A DNA stretch of 63,661 nt, the filler included. It is 5 parts of 5 records of this genome, joined end to end, with 100 filler letters (N's around TTAATTAATTAA, not from the genome) between each part and the next. Parts side by side here need not be neighbours in the genome. Positions count along the whole stretch, not along the records: positions 19,646 to 37,543 come from DRR723986_11936; positions 37,644 to 43,746 come from DRR723986_11962; 3 more parts are not named here. The stretch is one strand, 5' to 3'. Positions 30,601 to 39,279 of the stretch are shown here, one piece after another. The translations under genes and the position numbers were made by a program. Positions within the stretch are counted from its first letter, which is position 1. Each line of letters starts with the position of its first letter. The notes under the pieces are model-generated. The model was not told the origin of the DNA, made no database searches, and worked only from the letters and a program-made list of their open reading frames with translations.

Positions 30601-31315
30601 ATTCGACGTACTCCCTAATGCCTTCCAGGTAATTGCTGCCGTCGGCGAAACGCAACAAGGGCAGCAATTTAAACTCACCATCCTCTAACCACGCAAAGCG
30701 TGAGTCGCGATAGTTTTCGTTGCTCTCGAGCAAGAACAACGGTCGCCCAGAGATTTCGCGAACACTCCGGAACTTCCATCCCGCAGGCAGGGATTCCTCA
30801 GCGCGGTAGACCACCCTGGAAACTTTTCCATCCGCGCCTCGGCGGAACCGGACTGAGTACGAAACGTTGGTTACGAAGATGTCGTTTTCGACTCTCGCAA
30901 TGTCCTCGAAGATCCCACCGAAACTCTGAAGCTCTTCAGCGGAAATTAGCTCGGTGGGCTGTACGTCGTAGAGTGACTTCGCTGAAAACCGAAATACGCC
31001 ATCGCCCCCCGCCAGATAAATATCCTCCTGATCGTCGCTGAGCAGAACGCGGACATTTCGTTGCAGGACTCGCTTCCAACGAACTCCGTCAAAACGATAC
31101 ACGCCCGACTGACCGCCCGCGTAGACCATCCCAAATGGATCATCGCACATCGCCATCGGTCGAAACGCGGGCCGTGAATCCGAAATCTTGTAAGCTCTGA
31201 TTGGGAACTCACCGCCCCAAAACGCAGACTCATTCGCTTGGCTACATTGCGAAGCGTTCCAGCATGAAAGAACAAGGATAAAGACTGTTTGGCGGCAACG
31301 ATTGACGGTCCACAC
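27665..31315 (-). CDS. Hybrid sensor histidine kinase/receiver with large periplasmic propeller + Y_Y_Y-like region
   Basis: H-box AGVAHDLNN, N-box NLVNNGIDA, DTGVGM, GSGLGL; C-terminal receiver (LLVED, LLTD, LAKP); YRSRMIGLNDAWS...GDYRFEVQA before the TM. Confidence 0.9.
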   Translation of the reverse strand: MWTVNRCRQTVFILVLSCWNASQCSQANESAFWGGEFPIRAYKISDSRPAFRPMAMCDDPFGMVYAGGQSGVYRFDGVRWKRVLQRNVRVLLSDDQEDIYLAGGDGVFRFSAKSLYDVQPTELISAEELQSFGGIFEDIARVENDIFVTNVSYSVRFRRGADGKVSRVVYRAEESLPAGWKFRSVREISGRPLFLLESNENYRDSRFAWLEDGEFKLLPLLRFADGSNYLEGIREYVESPSVFRAASQDGAIDLVFRSNNRLYSAVDGRVRDITPELIKSRDAMILRLNTLPGGRIAVLARGVGYVILEADGQVRHLIPATDLPAFWTISFTDRLGRVWIPGENAMHRVDYQADRAFWRVPNGETVYSLEFIGSEFLLVGTHSNAYFSMLSELNVQGHATLVPTGFQTLGLNLGRTKDIEVVDGRPYFATLKGIFTWDPKNPDNPASLVQEGAFHNLLYERKTQRLFAFGIWRQVSLVLKRSVDGNWEEEAKLPDLLRPTEDPILDGDGCIWAIGQRLKPLNRVLHRIDTRSLETTRFPGQWKPVALAGVPYAVNDDGGFATFHAIEQQAVAESAVPEFERLLQEPAPQKWMGSVIDSCVLSDGTLLASTDRESILHFCRKDDDKIEVQSVFGGFVQGIGRTPVQGPSGAIWAGIRDKVYRGELPQYRTSTNKLPRIWISSATIANSRPAAAGAGPQKRPLEIEETDKGLGFSYDYEVGTLRISFGVPAARYPEGVVYRSRMIGLNDAWSAYSGETTREFPALAGGDYRFEVQAILTSGQRLPAAELQVGVNPPWFRTSIFYASCCGLVGLTLLAFLRWKIRLERRQVSALRSEITEREDAERQLVEYQTELVRRERLRALGEMAAGVAHDLNNSLTPVLAFSGLLARNHDLAEERRGELAEMIEKSATDAATIVRRLSPLYRAGSSPRKENDLRELVADVIKSVTERIRTSGKEIEVLHRGEPVNYYCCASDIREVLTNLVNNGIDAIDQAGKITIDCVRNRDAVRLVVSDTGVGMSPAQAEQCLEAFYSDKKEKGSGLGLAVCDSVVRSYGGSISVRSELGKGTAIEVRLPSRLAPAAGENAGDEEGVLPSKRILLVEDYASTRKSIRVLLEVLNQDVVEVGDAEAAARWIESKNFDLLLTDNSLPGESGFDLCQRLKKANQRPALIITSGHEQSGLREACDAFLAKPVSLAKLQSAIREAVENHGKEVEQLQI

Positions 31316-31525
31316 CTACACTTCTCTCGCAACAGCTTTGACCGGGCAACTAGTACTTCCGGGGAAACAACGCCCCAGTTGGAGCTATTCTACCGGCCCG
31401 CAGGCTTGTTGGGGAATGCAGGGTAACAAATCGTCAAATTGCCTTGTTCACTCCTGTGACTGGCGATTTTTGCGAGCGGAGCGTTTCTTGCTGAAGCGGG
31501 AATGCGTGGTGAGAACGAGCAAGGA

Positions 31526-33169
31526 TTACTTGGCGGCAGCGGCTTCTGGTTTGGTGGTGATCGTTCTTCCAGATTCCAATTGAAGATTCGTTTTCATTAC
31601 TCCGTCTTGTTTTTCAAGCCAGCCAAGGACTGCCCCCACCTCGGAACCGGAATCCTTGGGACGCCAATTCAAGTACAAGGTCTTGCCGTCTACCGATGCG
31701 GCGGCGGCGCTCGCTCCCAGTTGCGTTTTCATCAGCCCAGTGGCTGCACCGGCCAACTTGCTTGCGGCACTCTCACCGCTGGTTTGAACCTTAACCGTAA
31801 CAGTCGCTGGTAACGAAGGTTGTCTTCCCGCATAGGGCAGGGTGTCGGGCAAGACAAACACATTCGTCGTCAGCTTTAGAGGTGTCGGCGCACCAATATC
31901 GAAGCTTAACTCGACAAATTGCGCCGCCCAGCCACTTTCCGGAGTCGACAATTCCACCTCGTAGATCCCATCAGCAACTTCGCTCAGTTGCTTTGACTTG
32001 TATTTTGGTCCCAGCGTTTCTAGACGGAAGTCACGCGTGTCTGGGTTGACGGCTTTCCACAGGACGACCGATTCGGGCGTGTTTCTTGTCTCGACACGCA
32101 GCGTGGAACCTATTGTTTTCCACGTAAACTCAGGACGTGGAACCTCGTGAGCGATGGCGAAGTAGAATGCCGTCAGCGTTTGCAAGGCATCCGAACCACG
32201 CATGCTGTGGTCTGTATTGGCGACGTACCTCAAATAGCACTCGCCCGGCAATTGATCAAAGTAGAACTGAGACGAATCCGGAAGAAAGAACTGATCTCCC
32301 GCCGCATTCAAAATTAATTTTGGCATGTCCAACCGTTCGCGGTAGGCAAACGGATCCACCAACCCATACAACTCACTGATTCGGGGATGATCCAACCGTT
32401 CCATGATACGATGCTGGACATAGTTCCCAACCGCGGGTGCCCAGTAACCGTAGGCTGCGAAGTGGTGCCGCATTGATTTGTCCACGTTCAGCACGTCAAT
32501 CACAATGGGCACTATCGCAGCAACGCGGTCGTCCATTGCTCCGGTCAGCCAAGTTGTCCAGCCTCGCTTTGATGCTCCAGCGACAACAAATCGCCCGACA
32601 GTCACTTCGCGTTCCTCAGTTACAACTTCCTGCACAGTATCCATCGCGCGAACTGCACTCTTGACCATAGCGTTTCTCGCAAGCCATCTAGGATTGCCAG
32701 TGTTGAGAAATTGATCCCAGGTGTAGCCGATCAGGTCATCTTCCTTTCGCCGCACACCATCGTTGTTGAAAACGAGGGCCTGGTTTGGAACCATCTTGAG
32801 TTCGGCCACGACGGTACCGGTTGCTCTTGCAAGTTGAACAATTTCGTCCGACGGCCCTTTGGGCGGTCCGCTTCCGTTGCTACCGCCAGAGATCATCAAC
32901 AGAGCCACGTCCGACTTCACTTCGCTTGGCACCGCTATGTTCAGCCAATGCTGCCACTCTGGACGATCCACTTCGTTTTCCGTCAGCCATTTCTGCGACT
33001 TCAGATCGACGACAATCTGCCGTATGCCGTCGGACTCATTCGAGGACACGACACTCCATCGAAACGCAGAGTCTGGTTCTTTCACGTAGGCATCGATGGC
33101 GGTCTCCTGCGCCCAGCAGATACGGCTACAACCGACAACGAGCAACAGAATACACCTACTGAAGTTCAT
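31526..33169 (-). CDS. PhoPQ-activated pathogenicity-related (PqaA) family protein
   Basis: VPNQ, EDDLIGYTW, MVKSAVRAMD, GASKRGWTTW, GDQFFLPD; signal peptide from MNFSR. Confidence 0.88.
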   Translation of the reverse strand: MNFSRCILLLVVGCSRICWAQETAIDAYVKEPDSAFRWSVVSSNESDGIRQIVVDLKSQKWLTENEVDRPEWQHWLNIAVPSEVKSDVALLMISGGSNGSGPPKGPSDEIVQLARATGTVVAELKMVPNQALVFNNDGVRRKEDDLIGYTWDQFLNTGNPRWLARNAMVKSAVRAMDTVQEVVTEEREVTVGRFVVAGASKRGWTTWLTGAMDDRVAAIVPIVIDVLNVDKSMRHHFAAYGYWAPAVGNYVQHRIMERLDHPRISELYGLVDPFAYRERLDMPKLILNAAGDQFFLPDSSQFYFDQLPGECYLRYVANTDHSMRGSDALQTLTAFYFAIAHEVPRPEFTWKTIGSTLRVETRNTPESVVLWKAVNPDTRDFRLETLGPKYKSKQLSEVADGIYEVELSTPESGWAAQFVELSFDIGAPTPLKLTTNVFVLPDTLPYAGRQPSLPATVTVKVQTSGESAASKLAGAATGLMKTQLGASAAAASVDGKTLYLNWRPKDSGSEVGAVLGWLEKQDGVMKTNLQLESGRTITTKPEAAAAK

Positions 33170-33405
33170 CCGAATGACCTTTATGCAAAGGGGCGGCCGA
33201 GGGCGGCAAAGTTCACTGGTGATCATAACAGAATTGCCATCAGCGCCGGAGTTTTCGCAGCCTGCGATCGAAATGAGCGTAGGTGAAGAAAGTATGAATT
33301 CTACAACACTGCCAAACTTCTAACTTCCACATCGGACGCCCCACTTTTACGATGCCGACCACACGTGATTGACAACTGGAGTTTACTGCTAAGGAGCCTG
33401 CTCCC

Positions 33406-34275
33406 ATGAGACGCCTTACTTTCTTACATGCTGGCCTATTTCTAATCCTTTCCGCAACTGCTCACGGCGGCATCGTCCTTAACGAATGGAATGCTGTTTC
33501 GGGATCGAACAACTTGAAGGGCGGAAACTCTGACAGTTTCTTCGGCCAAGTTGCTGGCAATGGTGGAAACTGGATGGAATTCGTAGTCGTCGGCACGAGC
33601 TCTTCGGATACCGTGGACCTTCGCGGCTGGCGGCTGGAATGGACAGAGAACGAGGATATCGGGGGCGGAGTTGATGCTGCCGGTTCGATTCAGTTCAGCA
33701 ACAGTGCGGTCTGGAGTAACGTTCGTCGCGGAACGCTCATCACCATCATCGAATCAGCCAATGCGGGTGGACAGAACACATCGACTGACACCAGCTTCAA
33801 TGGCGTCGACGACTGGCACATCAATGTGGCGACACAGCAAGAGCAAGCACTCGGGGCTGCTGCCTTGGTTACAACAACCACGAATGACGGTGTAGCGGGC
33901 GATTTCTCAGTCGGCAACAGCGACTGGGAACTGACGATTCGGGATTCCAGCAATAACATAGTCTTCGGACCGATCGGCGAGAGCGCAACCGGCTGGCAGG
34001 GTGGTGGAATTAGTGGCGAAGAGGTGGGCAAACTTGAGTTCCCCGGCAGCGGCGCGACGCTTGCGGACTGGTTTGCGATCACACCGTCGTCTGCAGGGTA
34101 CAACGACGGTTCCAGCAGCACGTTTGGCGCTGCCAACCAGTGGTCCGGAGGCTCCTCAACTCAAGACTTTTCAGCCCTTCGCGCCGTTCCAGAGCCCAAT
34201 GCATTGGTTTGCCTCGCAACCTGCCTTGGTTTCACGCTAACCCGCCGACGCAGAGGCTTGTGTAAACTAAGCTAG
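33406..34275 (+). CDS. PEP-CTERM protein with lamin-tail-like domain
   Basis: AAGGAG RBS; signal peptide; IVLNEWNA...WMEF...DLRGW; C-terminal VPEPNAL...RRRR. Confidence 0.85.
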   Translation: MRRLTFLHAGLFLILSATAHGGIVLNEWNAVSGSNNLKGGNSDSFFGQVAGNGGNWMEFVVVGTSSSDTVDLRGWRLEWTENEDIGGGVDAAGSIQFSNSAVWSNVRRGTLITIIESANAGGQNTSTDTSFNGVDDWHINVATQQEQALGAAALVTTTTNDGVAGDFSVGNSDWELTIRDSSNNIVFGPIGESATGWQGGGISGEEVGKLEFPGSGATLADWFAITPSSAGYNDGSSSTFGAANQWSGGSSTQDFSALRAVPEPNALVCLATCLGFTLTRRRRGLCKLS

Positions 34276-34450
34276 TGCCTTACCGCACGGTTACAGACCG
34301 CTGAACGTTCGCGCACGGTAGCCCTTTCAAGTGGTACTAAGCCTGCGTATGAATTTTTGAAGAAGAAACCTTCCGGCTGGCTGGATGATCTCTCCCTAAA
34401 TGCGTATTCTACCTAGTCTACTGATCGTAGTATTTCTTGAGGGTAAAACT

Positions 34451-35107
34451 ATGAAATTTGTCAATGCAGCAGCTTTTGTGCTGGCGATCGCACTCATGTT
34501 TCAGACGAACTCAATGGCAGCTCTGGTCATTTCCGGTGTCGTCGATGGCAACGAACCGGGGGGGATTCCCAAAGGTATAGAGCTAGTGGCAACGAGTGAC
34601 ATCACTGACTTGTCTGCCTTCAGTATTGGTCGATACACGAATGGTGGAGCAAGCTTGACGGCAGTGACCGAGCTCCCCAACGCGCCTCTCAACGCCGGAG
34701 AATTCTTTTACATCACTGGCACCTCGGCGAGTGATCAATTCTTCACTGACGCAGGCTTTACGATCGGGCTTTCTAGCCAAACAGTCGCGAACATAAACGG
34801 CGACGACCTTCTACAATTGGTATCAAGCAGCGACAACGCAGTAGCCTTCGATACGTTCGGTCAAGTTGGCCAAGGCGATACCAATTTTTACGCAAACTCC
34901 TTTGCTTATCGATCCAACGCGAGTCAGACCGGGGATGTTGATGGTTCCGTTGATGCTGCGGACAACTTTGTTATTACGGACTGGGATCAAGCACAATGGT
35001 CCACGACTTTCGGCTCCTTCCAAGTTCAAACAGTCCCCGAGCCTACGTCAGTTCTCATATTGTCTGGCTTATGCGGGACTCTTGCTTATCGCCGACGTCG
35101 CAACTAG
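34451..35107 (+). CDS. PEP-CTERM protein (lamin-tail-like domain resembling extracellular nuclease N-termini)
   Basis: Signal peptide; LVISGVVDG...PKGIEL...DLS...INGDD; C-terminal VPEPTS...RRRN. Confidence 0.85.
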   Translation: MKFVNAAAFVLAIALMFQTNSMAALVISGVVDGNEPGGIPKGIELVATSDITDLSAFSIGRYTNGGASLTAVTELPNAPLNAGEFFYITGTSASDQFFTDAGFTIGLSSQTVANINGDDLLQLVSSSDNAVAFDTFGQVGQGDTNFYANSFAYRSNASQTGDVDGSVDAADNFVITDWDQAQWSTTFGSFQVQTVPEPTSVLILSGLCGTLAYRRRRN

Positions 35108-35172
35108 AGTAGCCCCTCTCAGGGACTATTGTAATGGGAAGTTTTCTGATTCTAAGGCGGGAGAGGCTTGAA

Positions 35173-35799
35173 ATGCTGCGACCATCATTTTCCTTGCTCT
35201 GCGTGATGTCGACCTTCGTGTGTGGAACCGCTAAAGCAGATCCGATTCTGTTCGAGCTTGAAAACTTGGGAGGAATAACCGGCAACACCGCCACGGCCTC
35301 TCGCATGGCCAACATTGACGGTGTCACATTTACGGCTAACTTGCAGATCACCGGTTCGGACGACCTGAACGCCAACGGAAATGGAATCGGAGTGGATGGG
35401 CTGATAAATGGGAGCGAACACGTACAGTTCTCACTCACGATCTCCGATGTCTCAGGTGGCTCGGTAGTCTTCAACACGTTTGACAGGCTGAATTTGGACT
35501 CGTTCGAGGGCCCTGAATCTGATCCAGAACGAGCGGCAATTAGCGCAGATAACATTTTCGACAATGCGGGCGATCAAATCGTGGATGGCTTCGCTGGTGG
35601 CACGTCAGACAATTTCGCCATAACCAACACTCGCGTGAATTTCTTCGTTGTTTCAAACGGTGACGCAAGCAACACTTTCCGTGTTCGCGAAGTACGAGCG
35701 GATTTTACTGTGACAGCCGTTCCGGAGCCCATGTCCGGCTTGTTGCTCTCGGCATTGGCAACTGGTGTGTTCTTTCGCCGACGCCAGCGTTCCGGCTAG
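35173..35799 (+). CDS. PEP-CTERM protein
   Basis: Signal peptide ending AKA|D; C-terminal AVPEPMSG...FFRRRQR. Confidence 0.85.
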   Translation: MLRPSFSLLCVMSTFVCGTAKADPILFELENLGGITGNTATASRMANIDGVTFTANLQITGSDDLNANGNGIGVDGLINGSEHVQFSLTISDVSGGSVVFNTFDRLNLDSFEGPESDPERAAISADNIFDNAGDQIVDGFAGGTSDNFAITNTRVNFFVVSNGDASNTFRVREVRADFTVTAVPEPMSGLLLSALATGVFFRRRQRSG

Positions 35800-35843
35800 G
35801 TTAGCAGCTAGGCGGCAGGGAGCATTAACAAGAAGGCGGCGGA

Positions 35844-36512
35844 ATGCGGACCTATCTTTTCGTGGCATTCCTTACGGCGATGACCGTGAGCCCAACATCT
35901 GCCGCACTGACACTGGTTGGTTATGATACGACCAATCCAAACGGGGCAAATGGTGCGCCGTCGCCAGACCTTCCGGTTGCTGACAGCGCCTCATTCTTGA
36001 CTCCGCTGGATCTTTCCAGGGGAAGCGGCCTAACGCCCAATGTCGGCATCGCGTTCAACTCGCGTGACTGGTCTCTCGCAGATTCACTTGACCTCAGTAG
36101 TGACAAGTACATCCAGTGGGGATGGTCAACTTCGACGCAATCAGTTGATCTGACGGATCTTCAGATCCAATACGACCGCTCAGGTGACGGACCAACGCAA
36201 CTTGCTATCGCGATTAGCGTTGACGGAGGAGCATTTCAATCAGTGTTCTCGGACTCCGATGTCGATGCTAGTGACGAAACTCACACCATTGACCTGACAA
36301 GCTTTGACAGTGTCCAGCAAGCAACGTTTCGCCTGTTCGGGTTTGATGCCACCAGCGGTGACGGAACGATGGATATCGAGGAGATCATTGACGGCGGTCG
36401 TCGCGGCATCATCGTGAGAGGTGAACTGACATCTGTTCCAGAACCGACTAGCGTCTTCCTCCTGGGAATGATTAGTTGCGCCGCGACACTTCGGCGTCGC
36501 CGGCGAATCTAG
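35844..36512 (+). CDS. PEP-CTERM protein
   Basis: Signal peptide; C-terminal SVPEPTSV...RRRRI. Confidence 0.87.
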   Translation: MRTYLFVAFLTAMTVSPTSAALTLVGYDTTNPNGANGAPSPDLPVADSASFLTPLDLSRGSGLTPNVGIAFNSRDWSLADSLDLSSDKYIQWGWSTSTQSVDLTDLQIQYDRSGDGPTQLAIAISVDGGAFQSVFSDSDVDASDETHTIDLTSFDSVQQATFRLFGFDATSGDGTMDIEEIIDGGRRGIIVRGELTSVPEPTSVFLLGMISCAATLRRRRRI

Positions 36513-36811
36513 ACTAGCAAGCTCTTTGCTACCCGACGCTTGCGTCCGCCAACTCAACCGGACGCAGAACAACGAAACGCTGCAGGCCTTCAGCTCCTGT
36601 GTCGCTCGCCACCTAAGTGCCTAGCGCGCGAGCCTGGTATGGCAGTTGCTTCCTTCTTGACACGAACGCTCGCAGAGTGGCCGGTGAGGCCTTTCTTAGC
36701 GAATGCGTGCCCGGCTGCACGCAGGCGAGCCATATTCGCACGGATGGCACACCCCCAGTGGCCGTTGGCCGGGAAACTAAGGCTTAGGAACGTGCCGGTG
36801 TTGGAGAATTC

Positions 36812-37543
36812 ATGGCATCTGGATCCGGTGGAGCGAAATCAAATGGTAAATCGCGGAAAACTCCAAGTCGCAAAGGGCCGCGCAAGCAGTCGCGACCTCG
36901 AACTCGTTTCGTGGCAGACGGTGACGTCAGCCCTTCTCTTGACTCCGATGCACTTGCAGAGCATGAACTGAAGGAAGCCATCGACGCGGCGCAGCAATCA
37001 AAGATTGCCGCGGTGAAAGACATTGTGGAGAACACACCTCCACATGACGTCCAGACATTGGCAAGAACGCTGAAGGCCGTGATCGCGGGTGCTTCGGCGG
37101 AAGATGCGACGGTGCTTCGAAATGCTCTGATGCACGATTCGAAGCCTCTAGGCAGGCGAACGAAAGGCGGGCCTGACGAAAAACTTTCTGACAACTGGCG
37201 TGAGGGGGCTTACCCGTACAAGAACCTCATGTCTCGCAAGTCCTACGAGAAGCAAAAGTACATGCTTCAGGTTGAGCTCCTAAAGCTTCAGGCATGGGTT
37301 CGAAATTCAAAGTCTAAGCTCATCATTCTGTTCGAAGGTCGAGATGCTGCGGGCAAGGGCGGCACAATCAAGCGTTTTATGGAGCATCTAAATCCGCGTG
37401 GCGCTCGTGTCATCGCCCTCGAGAAACCGTCCGATGTTGAACGTGGCCAATGGTATTTCCAGCGCTACGTCAAACACCTTCCAAGCAGCGGTGAAATCGT
37501 CATGTTCGATCGCTCTTGGTACAACCGCGCCGGAGTTGAGCGG
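36812..37543 (+). CDS. ppk2: Polyphosphate kinase 2 (3' truncated)
   Basis: LQVELLKLQ, FEGRDAAGKGG, HLNPRG, WYFQRY, FDRSWYNRAGVER. Confidence 0.95.
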
Positions 37544-37643
37544 NNNNNNNNNNNNNNNNNNNNNNNNNNNNNNNNNNNNNNNNNNNNTTAATTAATTAAN
37601 NNNNNNNNNNNNNNNNNNNNNNNNNNNNNNNNNNNNNNNNNNN
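37544..37643. other. Artificial contig spacer
   Basis: N44-TTAATTAATTAA-N44. Confidence 0.98.
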
Positions 37644-38772
37644 CTCCCCGCCTCTGGAACGCCCGACGGCCTACAGGCCGTTCCACCCCGGCGTCCCCGA
37701 CATGACCCTGCTGCCCCACGCGGCATGGGCGCGCCACCTCGACCGGGCGTGGCGGCACCCGCATCCAGACCTTCTTGCGATGCCCAATCCGCTCGGCTGG
37801 CCGGCCTTGCGTGCCGCAATCGCAGCCCATCTCAAGGCCTGGCGCGGAATCGACTGCACAGCTGGTCAGGTGGTGATCACCTCGGGCGCAACGGAAACCT
37901 TTGAACTGCTCGCCCGGTGCCTGATGCAGCCCGGCGAGCGAGTGCTTGTCGAACAGCCAGGTTTTCCCCCGATGCTGGCCGCGTTGACGCGCGCGGGCTT
38001 GTCCCTCAGCACGATGCAGATTGACGAAGACGGCGCGCTGCTGCCCGAGGGAGCGACAGCCCGCGCAGCTATTTTCACGCCCTCCCGCCACTATCCGCTC
38101 GGGCAGACCATGCCTCTGCCCCGACGCCTTGCCTTTCTGGAATGGGCCGCCCGGACCGGCGCCTGGATCATCGAAGACGACCACGACAGCGAGTTCCGAT
38201 ATACAGGCACCCCCCTGCCGGCGCTCATGTCGCTTGGGGCAGGGCAAACGATCTATGTCGGCAGCTTCTCCAAGCTGATCTCGCCGGCCCTGCGGCTGGC
38301 CTATATGGTGCTGCCGCCGCAGCTGGTGGATCCGATCCGCAAGGGTCTGGCGGACACCGGTCCACGCGCGTCCCTCGTGCCGCAACCAGCGCTTGCTGCC
38401 TTCATGGAAAGCGGCGCTTTCGCCACCCATCTGCGCCGGATGCGCCGGGTCTACACAAACCGTCAAAAGGCATTGCGAGAGGCGCTGAACCGCCACATGC
38501 CCAATCACCTGATCACTGAACAAGACCCAACCGGGATGCACCTGGTCTGCCGCCCCGGACCGGCGCTTGCCAACATACCCGACACCACGATCGCAGCGCG
38601 CGCAGCGCGGGCCGGTCTCTCTGTCCGGGCCTTATCAGCCTATTGGGGTGACGGCGACGGGCCTCAGGGGCTGGTGCTGGGATACGCAGCCTTCCCGCCC
38701 GACCAGTTAGAGCAGGCAACCCTTCGCCTTGCCCAAATGCTTCAGGACGGCAGCGACCCTGTCAGCACATAA
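37644..38772 (+). CDS. MocR/GabR-type PLP-dependent GntR regulator (5' truncated, HTH not in window)
   Basis: VVITSGA, FTPSRHYPLG, WIIEDDHDSEF, YVGSFSK.ISPALRLAY, GLVLGYA. Confidence 0.9.
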
Positions 38773-39194
38773 CGCAGAATCTCAACCACCTGACGGGGGT
38801 CCGAGGTCACGGCAAGCGCTGCCGCGTGTACCTCTTTCAGCGCGTGCTGATGCTCTGGCATCGACAGCACAATCACCGATTTCCCAAGCGCCGCCGCATA
38901 GCCCGCATCAAAGGCCGCGTTCCACTGCTTGTATTTTTCGCCGAACCGCACCACGACCACATCCGCCTGCTCGATCCCGCGCCGTGTGCGGATCGCGTTC
39001 AGCTTGGCACCCTTGTGGTCATGCCAGAACTTGTCGTCCTCTGCGCCCATGATGGCCACGCCGCAATCATCACTAGCTCCGTGATTGGTGACCGGGGCGG
39101 AAAACAGAACATCCAGTCCCTCGGCCCCCGCAACAATCTGCTCGCGCCAATCGGTGTGGATCTCTCCCGACAGGTAAACCTTCAGCATGTCCAT
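38742..39194 (-). CDS. YtoQ family protein
   Basis: VYLSGEIHTDWRE, SDDCG, RFGEKYKQWNAAFDAG, HALKE. Confidence 0.9.
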   Translation of the reverse strand: MDMLKVYLSGEIHTDWREQIVAGAEGLDVLFSAPVTNHGASDDCGVAIMGAEDDKFWHDHKGAKLNAIRTRRGIEQADVVVVRFGEKYKQWNAAFDAGYAAALGKSVIVLSMPEHQHALKEVHAAALAVTSDPRQVVEILRYVLTGSLPS

Positions 39195-39197
39195 TCC

Positions 39198-39278
39198 CTT
39201 CTTCTTGGCCCAAATACTTCAGGGGGGTCCGGGGGGAGGATCCCCCCGGCGGGTCGACGCCGACAGGCGGCGAAACCG
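39198..39278. repeat. Intergenic palindromic element (REP/MITE-like)
   Basis: CTTCTTCTTGGCCCAAATAC head; CCGGGGGGA-GGA-TCCCCCCGG hairpin; CGCC-GACA-GGCG hairpin. Resembles interspersed elements I recall from Rhodobacteraceae; only one copy in this window. Confidence 0.45.
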
Positions 39279-39279
39279 G

